Notes under the pieces: model-generated
What the model saw: the letters and a program-made list of their open reading frames with translations, nothing else
Databases searched by the model: none
What the model was told of the DNA's origin: nothing
Assembly: GCA_965644295.1 (NCBI GenBank)
Contig: CBFFRP010000306.1
Span: forward strand, 1 to 35,153
Length of the DNA stretch: 35,153 nt
Reading direction: 5' to 3'
Origin: Paraphysomonas bandaiensis
Lineage: Eukaryota > Protista > Chrysophyceae
Program-made: the position numbers and the translations under genes
Shown: positions 1-12,550 of the stretch, piece by piece
Numbering within the stretch: position 1 is the stretch's first letter
Layout of the letters: each line of letters starts with the position of its first letter

Positions 1-200
1 ATATTGTGAGGGAGAGCGGGTGTGAAAAAAACTTTTTTTCTCTCTTCTTCAATCTTCTTTGATCGCGATTACAAAACTTGCTCACCTACATTAAACAGTA
101 CCATAAACCCACAATTACCATGATAAGCACTGCAAATCAAGGTGATTTCTTCTACAATGTGTTGAAGCAACCTTCTCTCACATGTTTGTCATTCGCAGCA
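1..200 (+). repeat. Left terminal inverted repeat (visible part)
   Basis: Base-by-base reverse-complement match to 3279-3479. Confidence 0.95.
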
Positions 201-1884
201 TGTCATCAGACAGCCAAAACTCTGAAATAGAAGAAGGTCTGTGGGTGCGAGTAAAAATTGTCGCTTTGACTAAATTTCGAGAGGAAGCACAGGCATTCTC
301 TGTAAATCGGTCCGAGTTAACTTCTTCGACAGACCAATTAACGATTTGGGTGAGAATTACTGCAATTACTGCTAAAGATGTTTTAATATAACATTTTTTT
401 TAGATTCCAGGAGGTAATCTTTTTGAAGACGATAGTAATATCTGGCGTGTCAAAGGTCATGCATTCTTGCATGCACTCGTTGAGGGCGTAGCGAGGCAAG
501 CGTATAATCAAAAGTTATTGCCACCACTATCAGACTTCAACGACCAACTCAGGATAGACTTCAGCAGAGGTATTACTGTTCGAACTGCAACAAGTTCTGG
601 TATCATTGGTAATTTCCACATGATCCCTCCCGATGGAGAATTGGACATACCGTTACTTCCCACTAGACGCCAGACAGATCACGATAGGAAGTGTTGTCGG
701 GAAAACGCTTCCCACTATGTGGTGATTGCTGGTGTCCCGTTCCAAAATTGCCCAGACGATGTGATACTACAGAGACAGCTCAGCTTTGTTGATTCTTCCC
801 TTGCGCTTGTTAAACATAAACAGAATGATCTTCCCCTCTGTAAATACATGCACTCAAAATATTTCAAAGTTGGCCTGAATCATCGTCCAGGAAATGATAT
901 GAACACGTACTGGTCACCGGCAATGAAAGAAGCCATGACCGAGTGCAGTGAAGAGGGTCAAAGACTCTTCGAGCTTAATCCTCCAAAAAGTATGCAAAGT
1001 GGTATCCGTAAGCAGAGAGGATTTGGTCACGGTGGTCAATCAGGTCTTAAGCTTTCAACCGCCAGTGAACATGATGCGGCGGACACATCGAGTCATTTGG
1101 AAGCACAAAGGAATCGCTTGCATATCGAGCGATGTCGTGCCAAAGCTTGGAGCAAGAAAGATTTGATTTCTGATAGCAAATTGAAAGATCTACTCGAGCT
1201 TCCCGAGGGCAAGAAAGTAAAGAGCTACTCGCAGTTAAGAACATACTTATGTGAATACTTTAGTACCCTAGAAGGTGAAGAACGTGCAGCTGAAGACCCG
1301 TTGGAGTATGACCCGACACTCGATACATGGGTTCTCAAGTTGGATTGGATGGGTCAAGGCTTCCCAAAATATAGTGACCTCAAGGGGGGTAATAAGCCAA
1401 TACCTGCAGCCCGTGAAAATATCATATTCTCGTCGGTTCGAATAGGACCACACCCGCCACCACCACCGCCCCCTGCTCTACCAGCTCCTCCAGGTGTTCC
1501 AGCACAAGGTTGGCCTATCCCAATTGGTGTTCCCCCTGCTGGAAGTAGTGGCCCTTCTTTTGGTGTCCCTTTTCCCCTTCCACCAGACTGTGGACCATCG
1601 CCCTACGGGGTATACCCCCTCCTATTTATCCAACTGGGGGTTTTCCTTTTCAGCAGCAGCTTCCTCCGTATTACCCACAGGGATCTGCTCCTCGGCATTA
1701 TCCGCATCACATGCTGTATGGCTACCCGCCAGAATATTACCACGGCCACAGGGATTTTGATTATGCATCGCGTTATCGCCAACAGCGATTTGCCTGGGGA
1801 GAAGGAATGCGAAAGGATGAGAGGGGTGAGTGGATAGCATATGAGGCCGAGTATGAAATTCCTTATCCTGCCGACCCTTACTAA
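200..1884 (+). CDS. Transposon-borne orphan protein (ORF2) with a Pro/Tyr/Gly-rich C-terminal tail; one intron and one apparent frameshift
   Basis: ATG 200, exon 200-349, phase-0 GT-AG intron 350-403, in frame with ORF 467-1837. Adding one C to the C run at ~1615-1619 continues the Pro-rich reading (PPIYPTGGFPFQQQLPPYYPQ...EIPYPADPY) to TAA at 1882-1884. No domain recognised. Confidence 0.7.
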
Positions 1885-2237
1885 ATAGAACAGATTGCAG
1901 TCAATCGTTATCTGCCGGGTCTCATTTATTATTTATTTCGAATCTTGGTAATTTTTGGATGAATTTAACACATACGCTCCGATGCATCGAAATTTAGGTT
2001 TAGACTCACTAACCGATTTTCTTTTTCTTCTTAGTATGCAACTGTATGAACTGATATTTTAAATTCTCCACAAACTTTTCAAAATTTTGTTTTTTTGATT
2101 TATTAATATTACTTGAATCTATTGCGTATAATTAATCATATTCTATCACGAAGTAGTAGCAAGCATATCACATTCAATCATCAGTACATCTATATTAGTA
2201 ACTAGTGAGTAGAGTATAGAGTATAATCTGCAAATGA

Positions 2238-3268
2238 TCAATAGTTACAGGCTTCGCACTGTTCTTTCCAAGTAACGGTAATATCCACTCGATTGAATAA
2301 ATTGCACGCAGTTTCGGCAGTACAGCATGACCACAAAGCTTCATGTAGTTGAGCTGCAAGTGGTTTATATGCGTACATAATTCCCCACTTCTTTCTAATG
2401 TGCGCTTTGGCAAGATGAAATACGGGTTCAATTGGTGAAAAATCATAAGAATAAGGGGGAGAAACACAACCATCACGCCGAATTCTGCACACATATTATA
2501 AATATCTATCTTCACGTGCGTCGAAGCATTATCCATGAGCAGCACACTGCGATCCCCAGGAAAAGGGTTCATGTGGGGAAAGATGTCATGTTCTAGGGCA
2601 TCTAGAAATGTATTATGATCAACATTTTCTTCGTGTACAGTAACAGCAAAAACTCCTTCGATAGACATTGCAGCAATGGCACAACAACTAACTTGGGGAT
2701 TGAAGTGGCCTATAACATCACCACTCACGAAGGCAGGGTAGCCATGTGGTGAACGCCCATATCGGCGTAGAACTTCTGCCGGCTTGAGATGTGATTCGTC
2801 CACAACAGCATAGCAGCGAGCTGGAATTTCATCCAATGATCGGGCCAAATTATTCTTATAGTAACGCCTCAAGCCCTCATTTCTGTTGTGGGAAATTCTT
2901 TGACAAACTTTTACGGTATAGCCCTCAGTGTTCATGGCATGCTTCATTTGGTGCTCCAAGTACGCCACGCCGTACACATTAAAAACCTTTTCGCATAATT
3001 CTTCGTTGGAATAAGTTGAATTTTCTGCCAGCAACTCTTTAACAAAATTGATATGCTCGAGTGAAATGACAGTGTGGTGCGAATGGTGTGAAGACTCTGG
3101 TTTAACTGATCCAGTGTCCAGATATTTGTCCAACCACCTTCTAACTGTGCTTTGGGACACATCGTATTTCTCGTATATATGATCTAGTGATGCGGCCACA
3201 GAATTTGTGATTTCCAGAGAGTGATCAAACACATCCAAAATTAAAAGACGGAAAGCCTCGGAATACAT
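2238..3268 (-). CDS. IS630/Tc1-like DD34E transposase (one 1-nt frameshift in a homopolymer at ~2455)
   Basis: HTH-like VSQSTVRRWL; catalytic VDES, MDNASTH and LPPYSYDFSPIE when ORFs 2195-3268 and 2238-2492 are joined; 34 residues between the second D and the E. Confidence 0.93.
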
Positions 3269-3278
3269 GTAAATATGG

Positions 3279-3479
3279 TGCTGCGAATGACAAACATGTG
3301 AGAGAAGGTTGCTTCAACACATTGTAGAAGAAATCACCTTGATTTGCAGTGCTTATCATGGTAATTGTGGGTTTATGGTACTGTTTAATGTAGGTGAGCA
3401 AGTTTTGTAATCGCGATCAAAGAAGATTGAAGAAGAGAGAAAAAAAAGTTTTTTTCACACCCGCTCTCCCTCACAATAT
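3279..3479 (-). repeat. Right terminal inverted repeat (matched part; probably continues to ~3616)
   Basis: Reverse complement of 1-200. Confidence 0.95.
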
Positions 3480-3876
3480 ACTAGGAATTCCTATTGTACA
3501 CCATACATAATACCAAATTCACCACTTTTTTTCACACAGACCGCTGGAAGTCACACAGCAGTGTACACTTTCTTCCTCCTCCAGCAATAGGAATTCTACA
3601 CTGCTGTAGACTGCTGTATATCGTCTATCTATCATTTGGATATGTTATGCTCGTGGGATAAAGTAAATAGATACTGTCAAATTATGCCAAATGACATGAT
3701 ATAGGTATAGCTCGTTTCAGTCACACATATTGACCTATGTGTCCATACGCAATCAGTTAGTTGTTCTCCAACAGACATTTGGAAATGCTGCGTTTGTAAA
3801 ACTTTCCGACGACTGGCAGGTGCGAGTGGTTTACGCAGGGAACTGGATTCTGTTTTGCTGAAAAAGAGATTTACGT

Positions 3877-6619
3877 ATGACACAGTATTCGGAAAACAGC
3901 GACTCATGTGCAAATGGTGTGTCGATTCTATCCACTCCTATTATATATTTTATTTCTGGCTTTTTGGTATTCATGGTGCAAATATTCTTGATAAGCATGC
4001 TTAAGCGCAGTCGATATCTTGCCAGCCGTGGAGATCGGAAAGCTTCTAATATACTAGTTATTCCGATTTACTACATCGCTGTTGTGTATTTAGTTGCTAT
4101 TGGTGTTCTAGTTGGCATTGACGATATGCTAGGTTATTATGACGCCAAAGTATTCATGATGTGTATCAAGTGGGGTCTATATCGCCTGTGTTCAGAGACT
4201 TTAGCCGTATTTCTGATGCACAATGGGGTGGGTGTAAAAGTGTTTCACCGATCCCTCTTTTTTGGCTCCTTGTGGGCAACCTTTTCGACTATTGTACCAT
4301 TGGTATTATTTGCTACCTTGGGTTGGGGGCGCTATTTAATTGGATCCACTGTGCTCGTGCTGATACTGGATTGCTTTTATTTTGTGATGTGGCTTGCACC
4401 TGCAGAGTATGTTCACAGACGTCCAGCATTAGTTGTTTTGTCTCGTTTTTTTGCTATTGGCTTACTGCTTTTTGCTGCTGCCCATATTATTCTCTACTAC
4501 AGATCCGACTTAAGGGCATCATGTATGGTGGAGGTTATCATCGTATTTGCAGATCTTCTGCAGCCACTTGTCATATTTTATACCATGCAACAAGACTCGC
4601 AGTTTTGGCAGGGTATACGTGCTATGTGGGCAAATACTTGGTGTAATCGATTCTGTATAGGGCTATATTGTCCGGGAGACAAGAACACAGTATCCGCCTC
4701 TAATCTCAACCAACCATTGTTAGGTATGTGGGAACTGGGTCGCGAGACAATCGGAGTGGTTGCAGAATCTATGGCATCTCTTGAGAGTCACGTTGTGCCG
4801 GTTATCCCCTTCGCGGTACTCAAGATTGACACCAGGTTAGTATCTGCCTTCTATTTTGATAAGCTGTGTAATATGATTGTGAGCAGTGGATACTTCTCTG
4901 GTGGTTCGGCAAGGGTGTATAAGGGCATGCATCGGCAAGATGAGGTACGATATAGCTATACTTCTCTCTTTGGTCAATAATAGTTTGCCTTAAGGTCGCT
5001 GTTAAGATATTATTCTGTATTGAGTTGACGCCCGAAAGGGTGATTTCTTTTTGCAACGAGGCCAGTGTGTTGCATGCTCTCCAACATCCGAACATAGTCA
5101 CTTGTTATGGTGTCGCCGTTATGCCCCCGGCTATATGTTTGGTGCAGTATATATTTTATCATTTTCCCACTGCACTGATAGCAGTATTGCAGATAACCGA
5201 ATGGTGTCACCACGGCTCACTTTATGACTTGCTACATACTTCTGAATATTTCATTAGAGATAGCTCGATGGGACGTTTGTCATCAGTATCTGCCAAGTCC
5301 AACAAGAGAGGATCCATCCTTCAGTGGTCAGGTAGTGCAGCTCTACGACCCAGCTATAATCACTGTACCTCGAGTCGTTCACACAGCAATGCATCCTCTG
5401 ATGAATCTCATAGACTTGACACCGATGGTATATCTGAGGTGCTCCTCAGGCTAGAGGAGGGAAACACGATTAGTGATTCGCAAGAATGCAATAGTGCGAG
5501 TGGTACCGGTAAAAGTGGGGGGTCTAATTTTACAGAGAGAACCCTATCGTCATCTGTTAACAGTCACTCGCGGAGAGTTCATCACAACACTCTTTCTATT
5601 GTGGTAGACCTAAAGAATAACGATGTGACGGAGCTTCATCCAGCTGACACGACCTTATTCGAGGATAGTACTGCTAACGAGGGAGCGGGTGCTGCCTTGC
5701 AGGCCGCGTACAGGATGGTCAAACGCCTCAAGTCTGCTGCGACAGTTATGCAAAGCAGGATTATGGGGTTCGGGTTAGGTCCCTCTGATGCGATTACATT
5801 GGATGACCCAAAACCGCTGGTAAAGAGGTATACAATGTGTGTGTTTCATTTTTACGCATGCTGACTGAACCATGGCATGCAGTGGGTCAAGTAGGTCCCT
5901 TGAATCATCCAGAAACGCTGGGTCACTCCTTGCCAGTGGGGATCCGAGTAGACAGTCACTCGGATATTGCCTTCCTGTTGGATTGCGTTTGCGCATGGTT
6001 CGAGACTGTTGTGCTGGTGTCGCATTTCTACATTCTAAAGGAATGATGCACTGCGATATTAAGTCACTTAATTTTCTCGTCACTACGGATTTTGTTGTTA
6101 AGTTGGCAGATCTGGGAGAAGCCCGCCCGTATAGAGAGGGAATGTCCAAAGCTGATAGAATTGCTATGCCTAAGTAGGGGCTTTACTCACCGCTCATGTT
6201 ACAGTAACTATTATGATTCGTTGTTTACAGGAATATTAACTGGACTGCGCCGGAAATTCTCTTGGATAATGGAAATAGTGTCACCGAACTCTCTGATGTG
6301 TGGTCCCTTGCGGTAGTTGCCGCAGAGATTTTAACTGGAGAAATACCATTCGATACACAGCATTACCGGATGCTTACTCTGGAGGCATTTGTAGATGCGT
6401 TAGGAAATAATCTTCGGCCTGGGTTACCTACTCGCTTAGATGCTGTACTTAGGGATGCGGTGAGTACTTTTTTCAGCTACTAAATGAAATTGTCGTGATA
6501 TTGCCTTCCATATAATTCAGATTTACTCTGGATGGAACTACGATGTTGAAGAACGGTGCTCTGCTCAGCGTCTAGCAGACGTATTCAATTCACATATCAA
6601 GTCCAGTCATTCCCCCTAA
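3877..6619 (+). CDS. 7-transmembrane (TPRA1/CAND2-like) receptor fused to a TKL-type protein kinase; 8 exons
   Basis: Seven hydrophobic segments in 3877-4612. GT-AG introns 4613-4660, 4836-4886, 4945-4994, 5142-5192, 5828-5882, 6174-6230 and 6460-6520 join FSGGSARVY, VAVK, HPNIV, HCDIKSLN, ADLG, WTAPE and SDVWSL in one frame ending at TAA 6617-6619. Confidence 0.9.
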
Positions 6620-6677
6620 CAATTGCAGTATAAAAAACTGCTATAATGTTTATAATATGGGTCTATTATTGATTATT

Positions 6678-6900
6678 GGACCTAGTCAGTCTGGTGTATT
6701 TCCTAGTCACACCAAGAATAGTGTAGAAACCTAGTCAAGGGGTTGAAATTCATATTTTCCATTTACAATATGGTTGCCTAGGATGACAAGGTGTTTATGG
6801 TATTCACCGATCCATCAATATTGAATTATTTATTACTTAGACTGGACTCACCGAAATTAGTGTGACTAGGTTGTGACTAGGTTGTGACTGGTGACCAGGT
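6678..6900. repeat. Small quasi-palindromic MITE-like remnant built from CCTAGTCA/TGACTAGG motifs
   Basis: CCTAGTCA at ~6681, 6702 and 6730; TGACTAGG at ~6863 and 6873. The same motif lies in the TIRs of the 8641-10575 element. Confidence 0.5.
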
Positions 6901-7259
6901 TATATATGAGGTTTTGTGTTATAAAATGTAGTGATACGTAGACTGCTGGTGTACCTGCAAAATGAAGCACCAGCTCTTAGGAGTAGCACTTAATTTTCGA
7001 AGCTAGGCTACTAATAATTGTATAACACTTTGGAAGGAACAGTCTACGAAATTGCAGCACCTTATAGAATTTATATAGTGCACATTGGTGGATGTGGTAG
7101 TTATGTGAATGGGGATGGTCTGTGGGTTCCACTTCCAGTCTCGAATGATGAGATTGGGCCTCTGTTGAGCAGGGCTTGTACTGCAAATTGTCAAGTTATG
7201 ACACAATTGGATGATTTACTATGTTAACTGGACGTTAATCAAGTTAAGATGAGAGAAGA

Positions 7260-7620
7260 TTATAATAAATATAATAAGCTATATATCACCTTATCTCTAC
7301 TACCACTCATTTCTAGTACGATCTTACATCGTCATTATATCACTTCTCATAATACAGCTCATCACTACTGTATTCTTCGACTAACGGTCATAATTCCAAC
7401 ACCTTAGAATTACAGCTTTTAATTGCTCAAACAGCAAAATGAGACACCAACTTCTCTGCTTCAGTCTCTTCCAATCCAAAAGTCAAGTCTATATTTCTAA
7501 TCTATTCATCACTAGCATTGGCAATGGAAGGGTCCAACCCTCCTAGCATAAGCCTGAGAGTTCTTCTCACTGACTCGAATTTAGTAGACTCTTGTGCGCT
7601 ATCAAGAGTCTCCTCTTCCA
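7260..7620 (-). pseudogene. Decayed coding fragment of unknown origin
   Basis: Minus frame reads protein-like (EETLDSAQESTKFESVRRTLRLMLGGLDPSIANASDE*IRNIDLTFGLEETEAEKLVSHFAV*AIK...) with scattered TAG/TGA stops. Confidence 0.35.
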
Positions 7621-8640
7621 TAATAATAACAATATAATCAAATCACAATGAATAAATATATGTCTACAGCTACAATGCTATCTACCAGCAATTTCAAGAG
7701 TAAGGAAATTGCATCTTATTATCAATAATATAAATATGTCTACCTACGATTCCGTGATCAATGGAATGAACATCATTCATATTCAATACCAAACACATCA
7801 GTCTAACACAGTTGATCATAATAACTCATTACAACTGTATAAGGGAAGATACATTCAGTATTCTCATTGTAGTTGAAGCCTGGTATTCGTACTCCTAAGT
7901 ACAATCAATCCCCAATAAGCACTGAAGGAAATACGTAATGTATAACTGTATTACTGGATCAAACCCGGAATTCTCCAGTAAACTTCTCCAGCCTTAAAAT
8001 CAATATATATATATAATAAGAACATATATATATATATCATCCATCATCATTATCATCATTATGTCTCATTATTGATAATCATGTCTTTCTTTCTTTGAAT
8101 GATTATGTAAATATCAATGATAAGCATGAATTGTCATAGTCATAATATATATGTCGTATATCTTAGTGTGAGTTATGGCAATAATAATAATATTCAATCT
8201 ATGTTGCACAGATAGTATGTACAAACTTAAGCATATACAATAGAGAGCTTGTAGAATATAATAACCTGATAGCTGGTTATTACAAAAACTCAACACAAAT
8301 TGGGCCACAAGAACTACACATGGTATGGCGATTTGCGTGCCGGAGAACGCCAAAAAGGATAAAAGCCTATTGCATAGAGCTTTATGTTGGGCCTGCTTCA
8401 CGTAGGTCGTAATTGTCATCAGGCATTGCTGTGTTTGCTCTATGTAAAGTTCTTTGACTGCAAAGGGATCCGTTTTCCGTTTTGTGCGCATTCCTCGACC
8501 TCGACTGTTCTCTAGTGTTGTTTTAAATTTAAGGTATAAACAGCTTTCATTTACATTTTCATCTTAAGTTTGGATGTGTCCAGATGTATAATAATGTATT
8601 TTGAAAGGATATAGGTCGACAAACAACGGACGCAGTGAGA

Positions 8641-10575
8641 GGGATTGGTGATATAGTTAAGTTGTAATATACCTAGTCACACGTTCTAATATTGTGATTT
8701 CCTATAGTTGTGTTTTTCATCACAATGGAAATCTGTTGCTGTCGAATGCGATAAAATATACCAATATTTTTGGATTTTTTGTGATTATGAGGATCTGTGT
8801 AATATCTCATTGTGTTGCTCATATAAGTACAAGTCATTGGTATATTTGTAGCGAAAATGGTATGAAGATATGGATGAAGTAGTGTAGGTAGAAAAATGTA
8901 TGTAGATGAATGATATGAGATGCCGATCAGAAGACATATGTATTAATTAAGACCAGATATAGTGTGGGTGTAAATGGCTTTTTTGGTGGCTTATTAATCA
9001 AAACTGAATTCTGAACACTGAATGTAGCGATATAATTAGGTGTTCATTTTGATCACTGAATAAAAATCGAACTGAAATGGCCTCTTCAGGGATGGGGCGG
9101 CATCACTGTATCATGAATTCGTCACTGTAATTAGACACAATATAATACCATATATATACACTTTAAAGCACCTTATACGGCACTAGAATGAAGCACTATG
9201 AGCATCATCAGTGATAGTAAAAAATTTGACATAATGGATAGTAAAAAGTTGATAAACTCAACGCCATCTCTAGACAGAGCGCCCCAATCGACCCCTTCGC
9301 CCATGTCTCTTAGGCCAGTTACACTCGACTCAATAATTCAGAATCCTATGCCTCCACAAAGTCCTGCAGAGTCCAAACCCCAAGGGACGCCTCACTGACT
9401 AACCTCATCTGCACTTCCAGGACTGACGTCCATAGATATCTTCTCCCTCACATACAAGAACTGAAGTGGTCGCACCTTGGTGCTTGTGGCGAAGCACAAG
9501 CAGCTTTCGTAGGGTTATATATAGTAGGATAATGGGTTTGTACGAGTTAGTTGCAGGTAGACGTCTATTTAGCTTGACTAGTTTTCATCTAGCTACTTAT
9601 CTGCTTCTCTGGTGCATATTCTCGACTTCTCGACGCCTATTGCTAATAATTAGACTTTCATATATGATACATATTATACAGTTGAATAGAGTATCGTATA
9701 TTAATAAGATTTGTAGTTAATGTAGTGACATAGAGTTTATGCAAGCTGTATTATGTCGAACGTCCTATGTTAAAAAAAATATTTATGTTCATATCCTTAG
9801 GAACACTCACACAAGATGGAAGGAGGGGGCAGTCTCGATGCGATGATACCAGTGTAGATGATGTTGTGGTATAAACAAGAGTACTTTTAGACCAATTTTC
9901 CCCCCAAAATGTATACCGTACAAGGTATTTGGTGTTGGTATTTTGTACGGTGAATGTGAGTGGTGGGTGTGCAGAAGGAGAAAGCAAGAGGTGTTGATTG
10001 TATACATGCAACTGCATGATGATTAAGTCTGGGGTTGCAGTAGGGAGGGGGTGGGTTTAGGTGCTCCCGTAGATCCGTAAAATGAAGAATCTGTGTTGGC
10101 AAAGTTGTCAGCGTTAGCGGTTTTGTTGAGCTTGTGGTAGCCGCTGGGAAGATAGGATTTTAAGGAGACGATATATATATATGAGCGGAATTGATGAATT
10201 GAGCGGAGAGTTACCGGTGCACCTTCGGAGATTGTTGGCCAAATTAAGTCTTAATTAATACTTATGTCTTCTGATCGGCATCTCATATCATTCATCTACA
10301 TACATTCTTCTACCTACACTACTTCATCCATATCTTTGTAACATAATAGCTTCATAAATCACCCATTTTCGCTACAAATATACCAATGACTTGTACTTCA
10401 GGAAGACAATGAGATATTACACAGATCCACATAATCACAAAAAATCCAAAAATATTGGTATATTTTCATCGCATTCGAAGCAATAGGTCTTCATTGTGAT
10501 GAAAAACACAACTATAGAAAATCACAACATTAGAACGTGTGACTAGGTATTACAACTTAACTATATCGCCAACCC
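8641..10575. mobile_element. Non-autonomous fold-back element with ~310-330 bp diverged TIRs (GGG...CCC ends)
   Basis: 8641-8953 matches the reverse complement of 10248-10575 with several indels and substitutions. No transposase inside and no TSD found. Confidence 0.8.
9198..9660 (+). mobile_element. 5'-truncated LINE-like 3' end fragment (copy A)
   Basis: Shares the block GAAGTGGTYGCAC...GCACAAGCAGCTTT.GTAG.GTTA..ATAGTAGG.TAAT and terminal CGCCTATTGCT..TAAT.AGAC.TTC with 17620-17780. LINE origin is inferred; 5' boundary uncertain. Confidence 0.5.
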
Positions 10576-10637
10576 ATCGCATACGTAACCTTTAATAACA
10601 GCACGATAGCTGACAGCAAAACACAGAAGTAATCCCT

Positions 10638-12336
10638 CTAGAGCGGCATGTTATCAGCAATACCTACGCGTGTATTGGTCTCGACGCCCCTCTCACTGCG
10701 CCCATCATTGGAGGCAGCAGCGACATCTGACACAGTGCTGGAAAGAGAGAACTTACCCTTCCTACGTGTCAAAACAAGAGCCTGTTGGCCATACGAGCAA
10801 TAATGAATTGCACATGCAAAATACCCAAGAATAGCAGCCTTCATAAAAAATTTAGGACGGTAAGATAGACGGCATTGGCGCACTTTACCACAGCAAACGC
10901 GGACCCTGGCCACGGTATGACTGCATTCTCTTTCAGTGAAAAAGAAAACAAAAGTGATATTAGGTAAGCTGGAAATATTGCCAAGTCGTTCTGCTGATTA
11001 AGCATGCCACTGACAATACCTGTATATAAATAAAACACGCAAGGAGGACACAAACATATATAAGCATGATACCTTGACTGGAGGAGTCATATTGAGAGGT
11101 AATAATAGACTGATAAGCGGGGCTCCAGGAGACACCCACCGCGGTCGTGACTATGCCAGGAATGGCTATCATTCTCGCAGACTGCTGGTTAACACCCATT
11201 CCTGAGATAGCCAGCAGAAGAAGTCCTGTAGAGAACACCATACCCGTATAAAATACAACCGGAATAGAGTGATATCGACCCAGCAAAACTGGTGCAGTGA
11301 TGGCAAGCCCTATTCCAATTGATATTAACATTACGGCAGTGATAGGGCCAGAGAATCCGTAAACAGAAAGGCTAAACTGAATAAAAACCACAAAAGCAGT
11401 GGAGGAACAAATATGGAGCAAGAAGTTAGCAACCCAATCCAAGGGATGAGATGCTAGCCTCATTAGCCCGACGGAGCCTATGCTCAACGGAAAGTTGTCG
11501 ATCATAAACAGCTTCATATGGACAGGGAAGTATCGAGTAGATACCAAGTGCCGGGCAGTTGATGGATCAGAGCGCACCCCAATCGTATCGTCAACCGGCA
11601 TGACAACGAGGAAGACGATGCACATGGCTCCAAGAACCATCGTGATCAGAAATGGCAGACGCAATCCAACCTTTACAGCCAGGATAGCACCAAGAGGAAC
11701 CCCGATCACGAATGCAATCCCCCCTACCGCTCCTGTAAATATTCCCACACGTTTACTGCGGCGAATTCCTATGGGATACAAATCGCATACCCACGCCAGA
11801 GCAGTAAAGTAAAAGCAGTCAAAAGCACCACCGACAATTCCACCAGTGAAAAAAGCCGCAGGTGTATACGCAAAATAGTATGTCAATCGAGAAAATATAA
11901 GCGACACTGATGCAACAATCAAGAGTGGTTTCCGACCAATATAGTCACCCAGTCCAGATGTGTATCTTCCCATAATAAAGCTAGATACAGATCGCAAAAA
12001 TGTAGTTGTTGTATCAACGAACGCACTATTGCTATCTGGGTGTTCAGCATGACCAGCAATACGTTCATTGATCAGTAATTTCAATGCGACACCATTGATT
12101 CCCACTCCAACGAAATATAATACTGCCACTACGATGATGAGAAAAGTTGATGTAGATTTCCGTTGACAGCAGGCTGAAGTTTGATGTGAAATCGGGTTTA
12201 CATAATTAGTGACAGAGATATCATCTGTTTCTTGTTCACCGGGATCGTAAACAGTTTCTACTTGTATCATTCCCACGCTGTTGGAAGGGGTGCTGTAATC
12301 TCCTGTGCTTTTGTCTCCACCAGTGACTTTTGCCAT
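10638..12336 (-). CDS. Major facilitator superfamily transporter (TetA/DHA1-like); 3 exons
   Basis: MFS motif A (SGLGDYIGRKP), motif-C-like AFVIGVPLGA, many TM segments. Introns 11020-11072 and 10839-10888 link ORFs 10960-12336, 10841-11053 and 10638-10913. Confidence 0.9.
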
Positions 12337-12550
12337 GGTTTAGAGTCAGTGGCACACAAGAGCTAGATATTAATTCTATAGTTGGCACGACATACCTTAA
12401 AAGCAATATTGATGTATCGCTCAGATTTGATGTCAGCATTTTTCAGTAGGTATGTACAGCACCAGTATGCATCATGTCAGCTCAGCAGGTATAGTATTGG
12501 ACAAAAAATAACCATCATTGGTTTGTACACTGTAGGAATTCCTACTACAG

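Larger units (their letters stand above)
1..3616. mobile_element. IS630/Tc1/mariner (DD34E) DNA transposon with long TIRs and two convergent genes; left end truncated by the window edge
   Basis: 1-200 is the reverse complement of 3279-3479 apart from one homopolymer-length difference. DDE transposase inside. Right end inferred at ...CTGCTGTAGACTGCTG|TA (3616), matching the CAG terminus and TA target of this superfamily; unconfirmed because the left terminus lies outside the window. Confidence 0.88.

Noticed and set aside
200-1884. ORF2 as a Fanzor/TnpB nuclease, given known Tc1-Fanzor associations
   Set aside because: No RuvC D-E-D motifs, no CxxC zinc ribbon, and no omegaRNA-like position next to the terminus.
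6977-8491. Small ORFs at 6977-7227 and 8114-8491
   Set aside because: Short, no motifs, in degenerate AT-rich intergenic DNA.
8631-8643. 13-bp match CGCAGTGAGAGGG to the reverse strand near 10690 in the MFS last exon
   Set aside because: No extension on either side; compatible with chance.
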